A stretch of DNA of 64,000 nucleotides from a virus (Duplodnaviria; Caudoviricetes). Position 1 is the first letter of the stretch, and every line of letters begins with the position of its first letter. This document shows, in pieces, positions 56,011 through 64,000 of the stretch. A model generated the notes under the pieces. That model worked only from the letters and a program-made list of their open reading frames with translations, searched no databases and was not told the DNA's origin. A program made the position numbers and the translations under genes. The DNA is taken from positions 82,799 to 146,798 of the IMG/VR virus record IMGVR_UViG_3300014039_000017; one strand, given 5' to 3'.

Positions 56011-56683
56011 AAGTTTTTACAATAAATTTATCATTATCAATTATTAAATACTGTGGAAGATTATCACATAACCAAATATGTGGAAATCTACAATTTTGAT
56101 CATGCTTATCGTATATATGAGTAACTGGAGTATGTCCAACTACTTGTATATAATTATCTACTGCGCAAGTAACAAGATTTTGAGGTCTAATCCATGTTGG
56201 AGGTTGAGAATTGGATGTACCACTATTATCTGAATAATTATCTGGAGTAAATCCAAATATTTCATTCCAGCCTTGGTTACTTATATCTTCCAAAGTTAAA
56301 CCATTATTATTTAACCACATTTTAGAAACGCCAGCGTGTGAAAACAAGATATTATCTTGAATATAAAACCATTGGGACAATCTACTAAATCTATCAAATT
56401 CTGGAATTAATTTTATCAGTAATTTTTGAGAAGGGCAAGGGTAACAATCACCCCAACTAAATTTCCAGCAATCATGGTTCCCTCTAAGTAAAATAACTTT
56501 ATCTAAATTATCTTCTTTATATGATAAGATTTTCATAAAATTATCAAACTGATCTTCTTCTGAAATTAATTGATGCGAAGTAATATAATCACCAAGAAAT
56601 ATAATTTTATCTGGATTTTCTTGTTCTATTATTGGTTTCCAACAATTTCTACCGTGTATATCTCCTAATATTAATGTTCGCAT
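56000..56683 (-). CDS. Calcineurin-like metallophosphoesterase
   Basis: GDIHG, GDY, RGNHD, SHAG and GHT motifs. Confidence 0.88.
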   Translation of the reverse strand: MRTLILGDIHGRNCWKPIIEQENPDKIIFLGDYITSHQLISEEDQFDNFMKILSYKEDNLDKVILLRGNHDCWKFSWGDCYPCPSQKLLIKLIPEFDRFSRLSQWFYIQDNILFSHAGVSKMWLNNNGLTLEDISNQGWNEIFGFTPDNYSDNSGTSNSQPPTWIRPQNLVTCAVDNYIQVVGHTPVTHIYDKHDQNCRFPHIWLCDNLPQYLIIDNDKFIVKTYDE

Positions 56684-56913
56684 GATTTTAGCAGATTTAT
56701 AATTCCACAAGCAATAATATATAATATTATAGTAATTATAATTATAATAGCCAAAAGAAGCCCTACAATCAACGGAAATAGTAAAGGTAGGACAACTATC
56801 CACCAACTCATATTTATTGCAATAGTGAGCTTAGAAATAAGCAAAATAAGGGTTATAAAAACCAACCCACTATATATTTTTTCCATATAAACAAAAAGGA
56901 GACTATTTTTCAA
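56671..56913 (-). CDS. Small membrane protein
   Basis: SWWIVVLP and hydrophobic helices. Confidence 0.65.
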   Translation of the reverse strand: MKNSLLFVYMEKIYSGLVFITLILLISKLTIAINMSWWIVVLPLLFPLIVGLLLAIIIIITIILYIIACGIINLLKSCEH

Positions 56914-57196
56914 TAGCCTCCTTATTTAAATATAAAACTTTATTTTCTTCATTAATAAAATCTCTATCTAAAGGTCTTGTAATAGTAAAAGATGTTTCAA
57001 ATATAGTTTTATCATCATTTTCACATAATACTATTACTTTATTACCATTCCTTTCAGTAATCCATCCTGGTAATATCTTATCTTTTATTTTTACATAAAC
57101 ATCATCAAATACCTTAATATCTGAAATAGTGGCTTTAGATAAAGTTAAAGTAGGTTCTTCTACTTTCTTTTTAAATATTCTACTAAATAAACTCAT
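56903..57196 (-). CDS. Hypothetical protein
   Basis: Likely start MSLF. Confidence 0.6.
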   Translation of the reverse strand: MSLFSRIFKKKVEEPTLTLSKATISDIKVFDDVYVKIKDKILPGWITERNGNKVIVLCENDDKTIFETSFTITRPLDRDFINEENKVLYLNKEAIEK

Positions 57197-57215
57197 AGTT
57201 GTAAAATTTACAACA

Positions 57216-57389
57216 CTATGAGTCCAAATCATCACTTCAATCTACATCGGAAAGATCTACAAAGCCTTCTCGTTTATCTTTCTTTTCTCTTTTACGATCT
57301 TTCTTTTTACCTGTTTTCTTCTTTTTGATGTGTTCTACCGGATCTACATCATCATACTTATCAAGATCCGAAAGTGAAATTTTACTCAT
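57216..57389 (-). CDS. Small highly charged protein (one TGA near C-terminus)
   Basis: MSKISLSDLDKYDD...KKKKTGKKKDRKREKKDKRE. Confidence 0.5.
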
Positions 57390-57409
57390 TGTAGTGTTTT
57401 AATAAATAT

Positions 57410-58000
57410 CTATCTCTTTAATATAGAATTAATAAAATCTAAAGAAATTGGTTTATAATTCCAAGCATCTACTCCAACATCCATTTGATTTGGATGTAAT
57501 TTTAAGTTTTGATCTAAGCCGTTTGGATCCGCATTTGGACCACTATGAATATGTCCAAATAAATTAGGAACGTTGTGCTCAATATGAGGCCATGTAAGAA
57601 GTGGTAGATGAGATAACATTAATTCTTGTCCATGATTGTTTTCATCATAAATCCAAACTTGTGTACAGGTTTCACATACGATTACTTTATTTGGATCACA
57701 TAATTCAAAAGTTTCTTTTTTATCATGATTTCCCAAAATAACATAATGTATACCATTCAACTTATTTAAAATCTTTTTACAATCATGTCTACTTTTAAAC
57801 CAACATACATCTCCTAAATCAAATACAATATCTTCGTCAGATACTATAGAATTCCAATTTTCTATCAACTTAATTTCCATATCTTTAGAATCAGTAAAAG
57901 GCCTCTTACAAAATCTTATTACATTATCATGCTGAAAATGTAAATCAGATGTAAAATATACTTTTTGATTCTCTTTTAAATGAATGACTATTTTATCCAT
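57410..58000 (-). CDS. Metallophosphoesterase
   Basis: TSDLHF.H, LGD, GNHD, SH and GHIH motifs. Confidence 0.88.
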   Translation of the reverse strand: MDKIVIHLKENQKVYFTSDLHFQHDNVIRFCKRPFTDSKDMEIKLIENWNSIVSDEDIVFDLGDVCWFKSRHDCKKILNKLNGIHYVILGNHDKKETFELCDPNKVIVCETCTQVWIYDENNHGQELMLSHLPLLTWPHIEHNVPNLFGHIHSGPNADPNGLDQNLKLHPNQMDVGVDAWNYKPISLDFINSILKR

Positions 58001-58016
58001 AATTAAAAAATATTAG

Positions 58017-58087
58017 TTGAAGCTGTGTGAGTCGAACACACCTTGATGGGACCAAAACCCATAGTATTACCGATATACGAAGCTTCA
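58017..58087 (-). tRNA. tRNA-Gln (UUG)
   Basis: TGAAGCT acceptor, ATGGG TT[TTG]GT CCCAT, GTGTG TTCGACT CACAC. Confidence 0.9.
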
Positions 58088-58092
58088 ATACC

Positions 58093-58123
58093 CAAAGATA
58101 ATAATTATTTAATTAAATACAAA
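58093..58123 (-). promoter_or_regulatory. Bacteroidota-type promoter for tRNA-Gln
   Basis: TTTG-N19-TATCTTTG immediately upstream. Confidence 0.7.
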
Positions 58124-58127
58124 ATTA

Positions 58128-58337
58128 TTAATACTCTTTTATTACTCTAGTGCTTTTAGGGGTTGTAGCATATAATTTGTCAATACATTTTTCAGCCTCT
58201 TTAATTGTATCATATTTTGTAATATAATTAAACTCACTAAGTAGCCCTCCTATATTTTCTTCAACAACATATTTTTTATCTCCGTTGAAATAAGTAACTT
58301 CAATAATTCTATACTTAACAGAACTCATATTCTTCAA
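58128..58337 (-). CDS. Hypothetical protein
   Basis: Packed ORF. Confidence 0.55.
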   Translation of the reverse strand: MKNMSSVKYRIIEVTYFNGDKKYVVEENIGGLLSEFNYITKYDTIKEAEKCIDKLYATTPKSTRVIKEY

Positions 58338-58770
58338 CAGTAAATCTTAAACCATCAATATGTTGATCTCTTCCTCTATTTAACCACGATTCTTCTGGAT
58401 GTGCTTTATAATATTCGGAATAATCCCAATCATTTTTCTTTGAATCAACAAGACGCCAAAAATCATCGGTGTTAATAATTTCACCATATTCGTTATAAAT
58501 GATTCCGGAATTCAACCAATCGGTCATATCTTCACGATTAAGAGCGGTGCATCTTTGTATTGTTAGGTTAAACAAAAATTGCCAACCACCCGAAGATTTG
58601 CCTATATGAATTTCACAAGTATTTAAATCATAAGGAAGATTATTAATTGGTGTATACCCGTTAATAAAATCCTTTAATTCTTGAATGGACTTTACAGATT
58701 TTGTTCTATTAATAATCTCTTCTCTTTGCTGCTCAGTTATAAGAGGTCTCCAATAATAATTAGTACCCAT
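58315..58770 (-). CDS. Hypothetical protein (MGTNYY...HIGKSS.GW phage family)
   Basis: Recognisable motif pattern. Confidence 0.7.
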   Translation of the reverse strand: MGTNYYWRPLITEQQREEIINRTKSVKSIQELKDFINGYTPINNLPYDLNTCEIHIGKSSGGWQFLFNLTIQRCTALNREDMTDWLNSGIIYNEYGEIINTDDFWRLVDSKKNDWDYSEYYKAHPEESWLNRGRDQHIDGLRFTVEEYEFC

Positions 58771-58772
58771 AG

Positions 58773-59006
58773 TTAAAGAATATAAGTATAACCGTCAATA
58801 GAATCTCCACATTCTTCACAATCACCTATATGCTCATATTCACCATATTGACCAATATAATCATTAATGCATTGAATAAGAAATTCTTTTGATTTAGGAA
58901 GTTTATTAAAAATTTCTATAATTTTTTCTTCAGGTAACTCTATAATGTTTTCATCATCAACAGTGGTACCCCAACAGATACAACCTTCAGTTTTAACTAT
59001 TTTCAT
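58773..59006 (-). CDS. Hypothetical protein with CxxC
   Basis: Packed ORF. Confidence 0.6.
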   Translation of the reverse strand: MKIVKTEGCICWGTTVDDENIIELPEEKIIEIFNKLPKSKEFLIQCINDYIGQYGEYEHIGDCEECGDSIDGYTYIL

Positions 59007-59187
59007 TATTAGGCATAATTAAAGAACAAATAAAATATGTAATTGTTATCGGAATTATTCCTGTAAATATAAATAGTAAAACTGTAAAAACACGTAAAAT
59101 CGTAACATCGCAATCTAAATATTCTGAGATACCTCCTAAAACACCACAAAGCATTCGTTCATTACGACTTCTAAACAACTTTTTCAT
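58993..59187 (-). CDS. pspC: PspC-domain membrane protein
   Basis: KKLFRS..ERMLCGVLGGISEYL..D.TILR...Y....LIMP. Confidence 0.85.
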   Translation of the reverse strand: MKKLFRSRNERMLCGVLGGISEYLDCDVTILRVFTVLLFIFTGIIPITITYFICSLIMPNNENS

Positions 59188-59188
59188 A

Positions 59189-59404
59189 TTATTTCTCAAG
59201 TGCTTTTCTAAGATTGTTAAGTAATAAATCTACATCGTGATCGCCATTTTCCTTCACATAGTTGCAGTCTTGAGCTTCATATGCACATTTTGAAATCCAT
59301 TTGGCGACGTTTTCAATCATCCATTCAGCTCCATTAACAAAACCAGCATAAGCATCGCTGTCTTGTGTACCCGCATATTCTTTTGCTTTTTCTTCGATAG
59401 TCAT
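59189..59404 (-). CDS. Hypothetical protein (IEEKAKEY...F..GAEW family)
   Basis: Motif pattern common in Bacteroidota phages. Confidence 0.65.
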   Translation of the reverse strand: MTIEEKAKEYAGTQDSDAYAGFVNGAEWMIENVAKWISKCAYEAQDCNYVKENGDHDVDLLLNNLRKALEK

Positions 59405-59406
59405 AA

Positions 59407-59721
59407 CTATTTACAATTTGCCCTCTGTTCAAACCTGTCACAAACAGCTTCTTTGTATGTTGCGGCCTTATCAAGCCAACATGTTAGATTGAGCTTTTCA
59501 TCTTCACTGCAATTTATACAATATTTACAAGTGTTAGCAGAACGATAATTATTCTTCTTCCTATCGTTATCTATTCTTTTTCCTCTTTCGATTTCAAGTA
59601 CACGACTGCAACAGCGTTCTGCAAAATCACGAATGTATGCTGTATTACTGTTAATAAATCGTTCAGAAGCAGTCTCTAAATATAGAGACATAACTATTTC
59701 TTTAATTTCATTTGTTTTCAT
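59407..59721 (-). CDS. Hypothetical protein with Cys-rich C-terminus
   Basis: CKYC..C...C...C. Confidence 0.6.
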   Translation of the reverse strand: MKTNEIKEIVMSLYLETASERFINSNTAYIRDFAERCCSRVLEIERGKRIDNDRKKNNYRSANTCKYCINCSEDEKLNLTCWLDKAATYKEAVCDRFEQRANCK

Positions 59722-59984
59722 ATCCTATTTCCTTTTAATTCTCCAATAAGGGCATCAACAAGCTAGACAAATAATTGATTATTTTTCTCTTGCTATCCAC
59801 ACCATAATTAATCTTTCTTTAATAGCCATATCTAACATAATATTCGCACCACGCATCAAGAGCAATATCTTTTGCTGCGTCTAAATGTTTTGAAAGAAAA
59901 TTAGAAACTTCGTTGAAATTATTTATATTGCCTTTAAATTTAACATTTAACCAATTCTCGCAGTATCTGACTGCGCGTTTTTGT

Positions 59985-60389
59985 TTATTTGTTGTCATTT
60001 TCTTTAATTTTTCTTTCTCTCAACGCCACGACCGCCCGGCTGAGATATGAATAATGCTTGTATGTGCAGCCGCAATCGCCGGAGCCGAAGTTGACGACCC
60101 ACTCATGAGCTGAATAAGACTCCGACGAAGACCCAAACCAGTCGTCAAGCAAATCTCCATTATGCTCTTTGAGGATATTATTAATCTCCTCTTTCTGAAG
60201 ATACATTTGGAGCAAATCTTCCTTTGTAGCAATCTGTATATTATGCTCTTCAGCGTATTTCATATAATCATCATAAGGCATACTCGGAACATTATCCTTA
60301 AGCAATACCTTATCAATCAAAGGTATGTAAACTCCTTGCTGTTCCTCAACCCAGCGAGGAGTAATCATTTCTTTAAGATTCTTGTTCAT
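59985..60389 (-). CDS. DUF1566/C-type-lectin-fold protein with DGR-like variable region
   Basis: W..SSSE....W.VNF.SG......K......RAV.A C-terminus, locally GC-rich. Confidence 0.7.
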   Translation of the reverse strand: MNKNLKEMITPRWVEEQQGVYIPLIDKVLLKDNVPSMPYDDYMKYAEEHNIQIATKEDLLQMYLQKEEINNILKEHNGDLLDDWFGSSSESYSAHEWVVNFGSGDCGCTYKHYSYLSRAVVALRERKIKENDNK

Positions 60390-60391
60390 AA

Positions 60392-60889
60392 CTAATCCTT
60401 CCACCATTTATAGTACTCCTGACAATCATCTGTAGTCCCGAGAAGATGCTTTGTTTCATCATCGTAAGGGATGCATTGATACCAATTCCTGCCAATACAC
60501 CGCATAGAATCTTTTCGTGCTCCGTGGTAAATGTCTGAAAACATATCTATTCTCCAAATATCCTCATCGTAATCCCTTACCAGTACCTTATCAAACGGCT
60601 GGAATGTCTTAGGATCAAACCTTTTGACGGGCACCTTGAACTTGCCCCAATCACGCTGATCCTTAGAGGGGAATAGCATAGTCTCTCCATACGTAGAATT
60701 GATATAAGTTCCATCTATTTGAAAATATGCTGACTTCATTTCATACTCATTACTTGCATATAAAACATAAATTAAATCATTAGCGGAATCTAAGTACCCA
60801 AGTTCTACTTCACCAAAAATTGGGGAATACAATTTTGTTCCAATTGAACAATTCTTAAGAATTTCAAAAAGATTTATATTTTCGTTCAT
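60392..60889 (-). CDS. Hypothetical protein (LYSPIFG...LFPSKDQRDW...FQPFDKVLVRD family)
   Basis: Motif pattern typical of Bacteroidota phages. Confidence 0.75.
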   Translation of the reverse strand: MNENINLFEILKNCSIGTKLYSPIFGEVELGYLDSANDLIYVLYASNEYEMKSAYFQIDGTYINSTYGETMLFPSKDQRDWGKFKVPVKRFDPKTFQPFDKVLVRDYDEDIWRIDMFSDIYHGARKDSMRCIGRNWYQCIPYDDETKHLLGTTDDCQEYYKWWKD

Positions 60890-60891
60890 AA

Positions 60892-61302
60892 TTAATCGTC
60901 TAAATATTTATAAAATGTCTTAAAGGCATCATTTCTTAATTTTTCAAATTCTTTAATAGAAATTTCAACATATTTACTAAACATTTCTAATACATATTTT
61001 TGATCACCGAAAAAAGTATCTAATTGTTCGTAAGGAAGATATGTAAAATAATTATCATGCTTAGAAAACGATATAGAAAAATCAATAAGCTCACAACGAA
61101 TATAATATTTATATGAAATATATTCTATTTTAACAATCCTAAACGCTCTAAAAGCATTATCGATATTTTCTTTGAAACATTTACCTTCTAAAGCGTATAC
61201 TTCTTTATTTAAAAGTTTATGCTTCTCAAGAATTAAATTGTCTCGCTCAGCGTTAAGCTCTACAATTCTTTTTTCTAATTCTTCTATTTTATTTAAATCC
61301 AT
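60892..61302 (-). CDS. Hypothetical protein
   Basis: Likely start MDLN. Confidence 0.6.
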   Translation of the reverse strand: MDLNKIEELEKRIVELNAERDNLILEKHKLLNKEVYALEGKCFKENIDNAFRAFRIVKIEYISYKYYIRCELIDFSISFSKHDNYFTYLPYEQLDTFFGDQKYVLEMFSKYVEISIKEFEKLRNDAFKTFYKYLDD

Positions 61303-61711
61303 ATATTGGTTTATATTTATTATACAAATCAGTAAGAACATACTTTCCAACAGATTTCTCTCTTTTAGAATCACGTTCTATAAGTTCTTGCAAAGAAACA
61401 TCAAAGAAATCTTTATAAGAAATTTGTTCTCCAGAACATCTAGAAAGTATTTTACCTACATGTTCTTTAGATAAATTCATATTATCTATGATAATATCAT
61501 ATTTTTGGTATCTAGCGAAATTAAGAGAAGCATAAAATATATTCCATACTAAAGTTTCTCTTTCAGGAACCCAATAATTATTTATTCCACCAAGCATAAT
61601 GCGAATATCATCACAGTTAAGCCTGATTCTATGTATAGGACCCTCAGAAACCCACTCTTTTGAAAAAGTGGACTTCCCACTTGCAGGAAGCCCACGGCAT
61701 ATAATAACCAT
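61289..61711 (-). CDS. P-loop kinase (polynucleotide kinase-like)
   Basis: RGLPASGKST, D.IR, IIDNMN and ERD..R motifs. Confidence 0.82.
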   Translation of the reverse strand: MVIICRGLPASGKSTFSKEWVSEGPIHRIRLNCDDIRIMLGGINNYWVPERETLVWNIFYASLNFARYQKYDIIIDNMNLSKEHVGKILSRCSGEQISYKDFFDVSLQELIERDSKREKSVGKYVLTDLYNKYKPIYGFK

Positions 61712-61908
61712 TATTTTATTATCTTTTTAATAAAATATGCAGGAAAATAAAATATAAAGAAAAGTAAAACGAATGGCCATAGTATTCCAATACCTCCGAT
61801 TATGGACCAATCATCCCAATCAAGATCAAGAAAATAATTAACGATAAATATTGTAATTATTCCTAGTATTATATATATCATAATACTAATTATTATAATC
61901 CAAATCAT
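61711..61908 (-). CDS. Small membrane protein
   Basis: Two hydrophobic segments, LWP. Confidence 0.55.
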   Translation of the reverse strand: MIWIIIISIMIYIILGIITIFIVNYFLDLDWDDWSIIGGIGILWPFVLLFFIFYFPAYFIKKIIK

Positions 61909-61909
61909 A

Positions 61910-62119
61910 TTACAATCTATTATAGCAACAATAAAGAAAAGCATCAATTTTAGAATCATCGTAGAAACAATCAACGCCATCTACAAATTGAACTTTTCTT
62001 GCTACATGATATTCAGAATCTATTATATTAAATACTTCTTGTCCAAATCTAATATGCTCTTCTCTTTTAGATGCTTTAGCAAGAATATCTTTTCTAAATG
62101 ATTCAAACGTTTTATTCAT
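61910..62119 (-). CDS. Hypothetical protein
   Basis: R.GQ..FN...DCFY pattern. Confidence 0.6.
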   Translation of the reverse strand: MNKTFESFRKDILAKASKREEHIRFGQEVFNIIDSEYHVARKVQFVDGVDCFYDDSKIDAFLYCCYNRL

Positions 62120-62471
62120 ATTTTAAATTATTAGCTTCATTTATAAAACCTTTAATTCTAAGAATATGTTGCAATTGATGAACATATTTAATTTCTAAAC
62201 CTTCACAACTAAAATCTTTAGTATGGCCATATAAATAAGGAAAATCTTTATGTCTCCATAAATAACCCAATTCATCATATTCCCATCCATTTAATTCAAG
62301 AAATTTCCCAGTTATACTACAAGGATTAAATTTAACATTAGGAATATAATAATCATCCATTTTATAGTCCGCTCCAATCATAATAGGATCAATATAATCT
62401 ATTTGAACAGGAGCGCTCACATCCAACATCCAAACCCAATCATTTAAAGAAACTTCAGAATAATTAATCAT
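62112..62471 (-). CDS. Hypothetical protein (IKYVHQLQH family)
   Basis: Motif pattern. Confidence 0.65.
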   Translation of the reverse strand: MINYSEVSLNDWVWMLDVSAPVQIDYIDPIMIGADYKMDDYYIPNVKFNPCSITGKFLELNGWEYDELGYLWRHKDFPYLYGHTKDFSCEGLEIKYVHQLQHILRIKGFINEANNLKYE

Positions 62472-62670
62472 TATCTTTAACTTTTGGTTTAATTTCTATA
62501 TATTGAATTTTATCTTCGTTTGGCGCTATCCAAAAATAAAATGGAATTAAACATCTAATAAATGTAAAATCTCGATTAGATATTTTTACCAAGCCAAAAT
62601 ATTGAAGAGCAATTGTAATATAATATATTATATACAAAAGCAAAGCAACAATAATTATTATTTTAAACAT
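62464..62670 (-). CDS. Small membrane protein
   Basis: Hydrophobic; LIPFYFW. Confidence 0.55.
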   Translation of the reverse strand: MFKIIIIVALLLYIIYYITIALQYFGLVKISNRDFTFIRCLIPFYFWIAPNEDKIQYIEIKPKVKDND

Positions 62671-63541
62671 GGAGTAAGCTATTTACTTTTTTAATTTTAG
62701 ATATAGATTCATCAAGATCTTTTTGATATTCTACAGGGCATACAACTCTACAAATTTTACCATTTATATTAGTGAGCCTCATTCCATAACAGGCATCTGA
62801 TATAGGATCATACACAGAGCAACATCTGGTTAAATTATAATCTGAACCAGAAACAAATCGCATTAATAAACTAATAACATATCCTGGAGTAATACTCGCA
62901 GAAGTTCCAAGTAAAGAAGTTATCGTATTTTCTCCTGCCTTAGTTTGTTCTTTAGCAACTCTTAACTTATCTTTATCAACAGGGCTATCAGCTTCAACTA
63001 TAGGAATCATAGTTCCAGCTCCATGTCCCCCAATAACATAAGCATCACTATATTTTATATTTAACGCTTTAAGATAAAATTCGAGCCTAAAAACATCAAG
63101 ATCATTACCAAAACCAAATATATTATCTGAAGGCACTCCTTTAGAACCTAAGTATTTTACAGCAAAATAAGTCATAGTATCAACAGGGTTAGATACTATA
63201 ATAAATTTGGCTTTTGGAGAATAGATAAAAGATTTATCAAGAATTCCTTTAACTATATTTTTATTTACAGATATAAATTCTTCTATGGACATATCAGATT
63301 TCCAAGGTGATTCACTTGTAATGATTATAAAATCAGAATTTTTAGTCATTTCATAATTACTAGTAACCCCTACAAGATCATAATCCTCTCCAATTTGAGA
63401 TATATCTAGAGCTTTACCTTCAGCAAGACCAAGTTTTTCGTCTAGGAGAACCACTTTATATCTACTTCCATAATAATATTGCTTAAGAAATAAAGCAACC
63501 ATTGTGCCAATATTTTCAGCGCCTATAATACTAATTTTCAT
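62663..63541 (-). CDS. Malate/lactate dehydrogenase-family protein, degenerate motifs
   Basis: KISIIGA, AEGKALDI, VSNPVD, LD..R and GGHG..M.P motifs. Confidence 0.8.
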   Translation of the reverse strand: MKISIIGAENIGTMVALFLKQYYYGSRYKVVLLDEKLGLAEGKALDISQIGEDYDLVGVTSNYEMTKNSDFIIITSESPWKSDMSIEEFISVNKNIVKGILDKSFIYSPKAKFIIVSNPVDTMTYFAVKYLGSKGVPSDNIFGFGNDLDVFRLEFYLKALNIKYSDAYVIGGHGAGTMIPIVEADSPVDKDKLRVAKEQTKAGENTITSLLGTSASITPGYVISLLMRFVSGSDYNLTRCCSVYDPISDACYGMRLTNINGKICRVVCPVEYQKDLDESISKIKKVNSLLHV

Positions 63542-64000
63542 AATAAATCTTTTTTAAGTTTTTACAGATATAATCAAATGAATTAGATTTCTCCAATTGT
63601 TTCATAATACAATCTATTTTATCTCTAGTCTTTATATTAATCGAAAGTGCATTAGGGCGCTTATTATACCACCACCACTGCGATTCATTTAAAGGAGATG
63701 CTTTAGATCCATTATATGCTTTATTTGCTCCAAACCAATCACATATCATTTCTGCAAATGCTTTATATGGCATTTCTATATGTGTTGTTCCAGAATCAAA
63801 ATTATCTTGCCAATATTCATAATGATGATCATTCCTACCTTTATGATGAAGCCAAGCTTTAGAATAACCATTTTCTTCTTTACTTGCTTCTATAGGAGAA
63901 CGTTTACCATTATAATATTTAACAGATTCAAAAAATTCAGTTGGGCTAAATTTTGATAAATCATGAGTTATTCCTCGCCAATATAAGCCAGCTTTAAAAC
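63531..64000 (-). CDS. DUF5662-like HD-related protein, 5'-truncated
   Basis: HDLSKFSP.EF...AWLHHKGRNDHHYEYW...EMICDW. Confidence 0.75.
   Translation of the reverse strand, partial: FKAGLYWRGITHDLSKFSPTEFFESVKYYNGKRSPIEASKEENGYSKAWLHHKGRNDHHYEYWQDNFDSGTTHIEMPYKAFAEMICDWFGANKAYNGSKASPLNESQWWWYNKRPNALSINIKTRDKIDCIMKQLEKSNSFDYICKNLKKIYYEN

Noticed and set aside
59722-59815. Possible gene remnant (..VDALIGELKGNR)
   Set aside because: Too short, with no clear start; cannot be supported.
15417-61474. Plus-strand track ORFs within the minus block (e.g. 15417, 18009, 21092, 23537, 43399, 43770, 50030, 54681, 61172)
   Set aside because: Antisense to well-supported genes, introns or the tRNA.
1-64000. 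CRISPR array, rRNA, integrase, complete DGR cassette
   Set aside because: No regularly spaced repeats, rRNA motifs, recombinase or reverse transcriptase recognised by eye.

Overview
A 64-kb segment of an AT-rich crAss-like (Crassvirales-type) phage genome. Host is probably Bacteroidota, based on repeated TTTG-N19/20-TAnnTTTG promoters. The ORF track looks fragmented because the phage reads TGA as Trp (code 4). TGA falls at conserved Trp positions, e.g. thioredoxin W-CxxC, HNH NLEW and LAGLIDADG WFMDDG. An opal-suppressor tRNA (anticodon UCA, 54646-54716, minus strand) has its own promoter and terminator. Bases 1-14894 (+) encode two giant virion RNA-polymerase-module proteins. Bases 14943-64000 (-) encode replication genes (PolB, primase, DnaB, SF2 helicase, SSB, Sak4, RNase H, ligase), nucleotide metabolism genes (NrdD, two NrdG, ThyX, dUTPase, dNMP kinase, GMPR/IMPDH), GroEL, MgtC and many small early genes. 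Seven group I introns can be mapped to the base (U|...G boundaries, guide-sequence pairing, restored motifs): RNAP x2, MoxR ATPase, nrdD, dnaB and SF2 helicase x2. Six carry homing endonucleases, all TGA-dependent; five sit in a ~1 kb P1 loop and most have a candidate promoter. TGA use is strongly non-random: near zero upstream of the suppressor tRNA and in two TGG-only islands, present in most replisome genes, and dominant in virion and endonuclease genes. This suggests a codon-gated expression programme. There is also a DGR-like variable region, a ferredoxin-thioredoxin-reductase/thioredoxin/NrdD module and a degenerate malate dehydrogenase. All calls come from manual reading; no searches were run.
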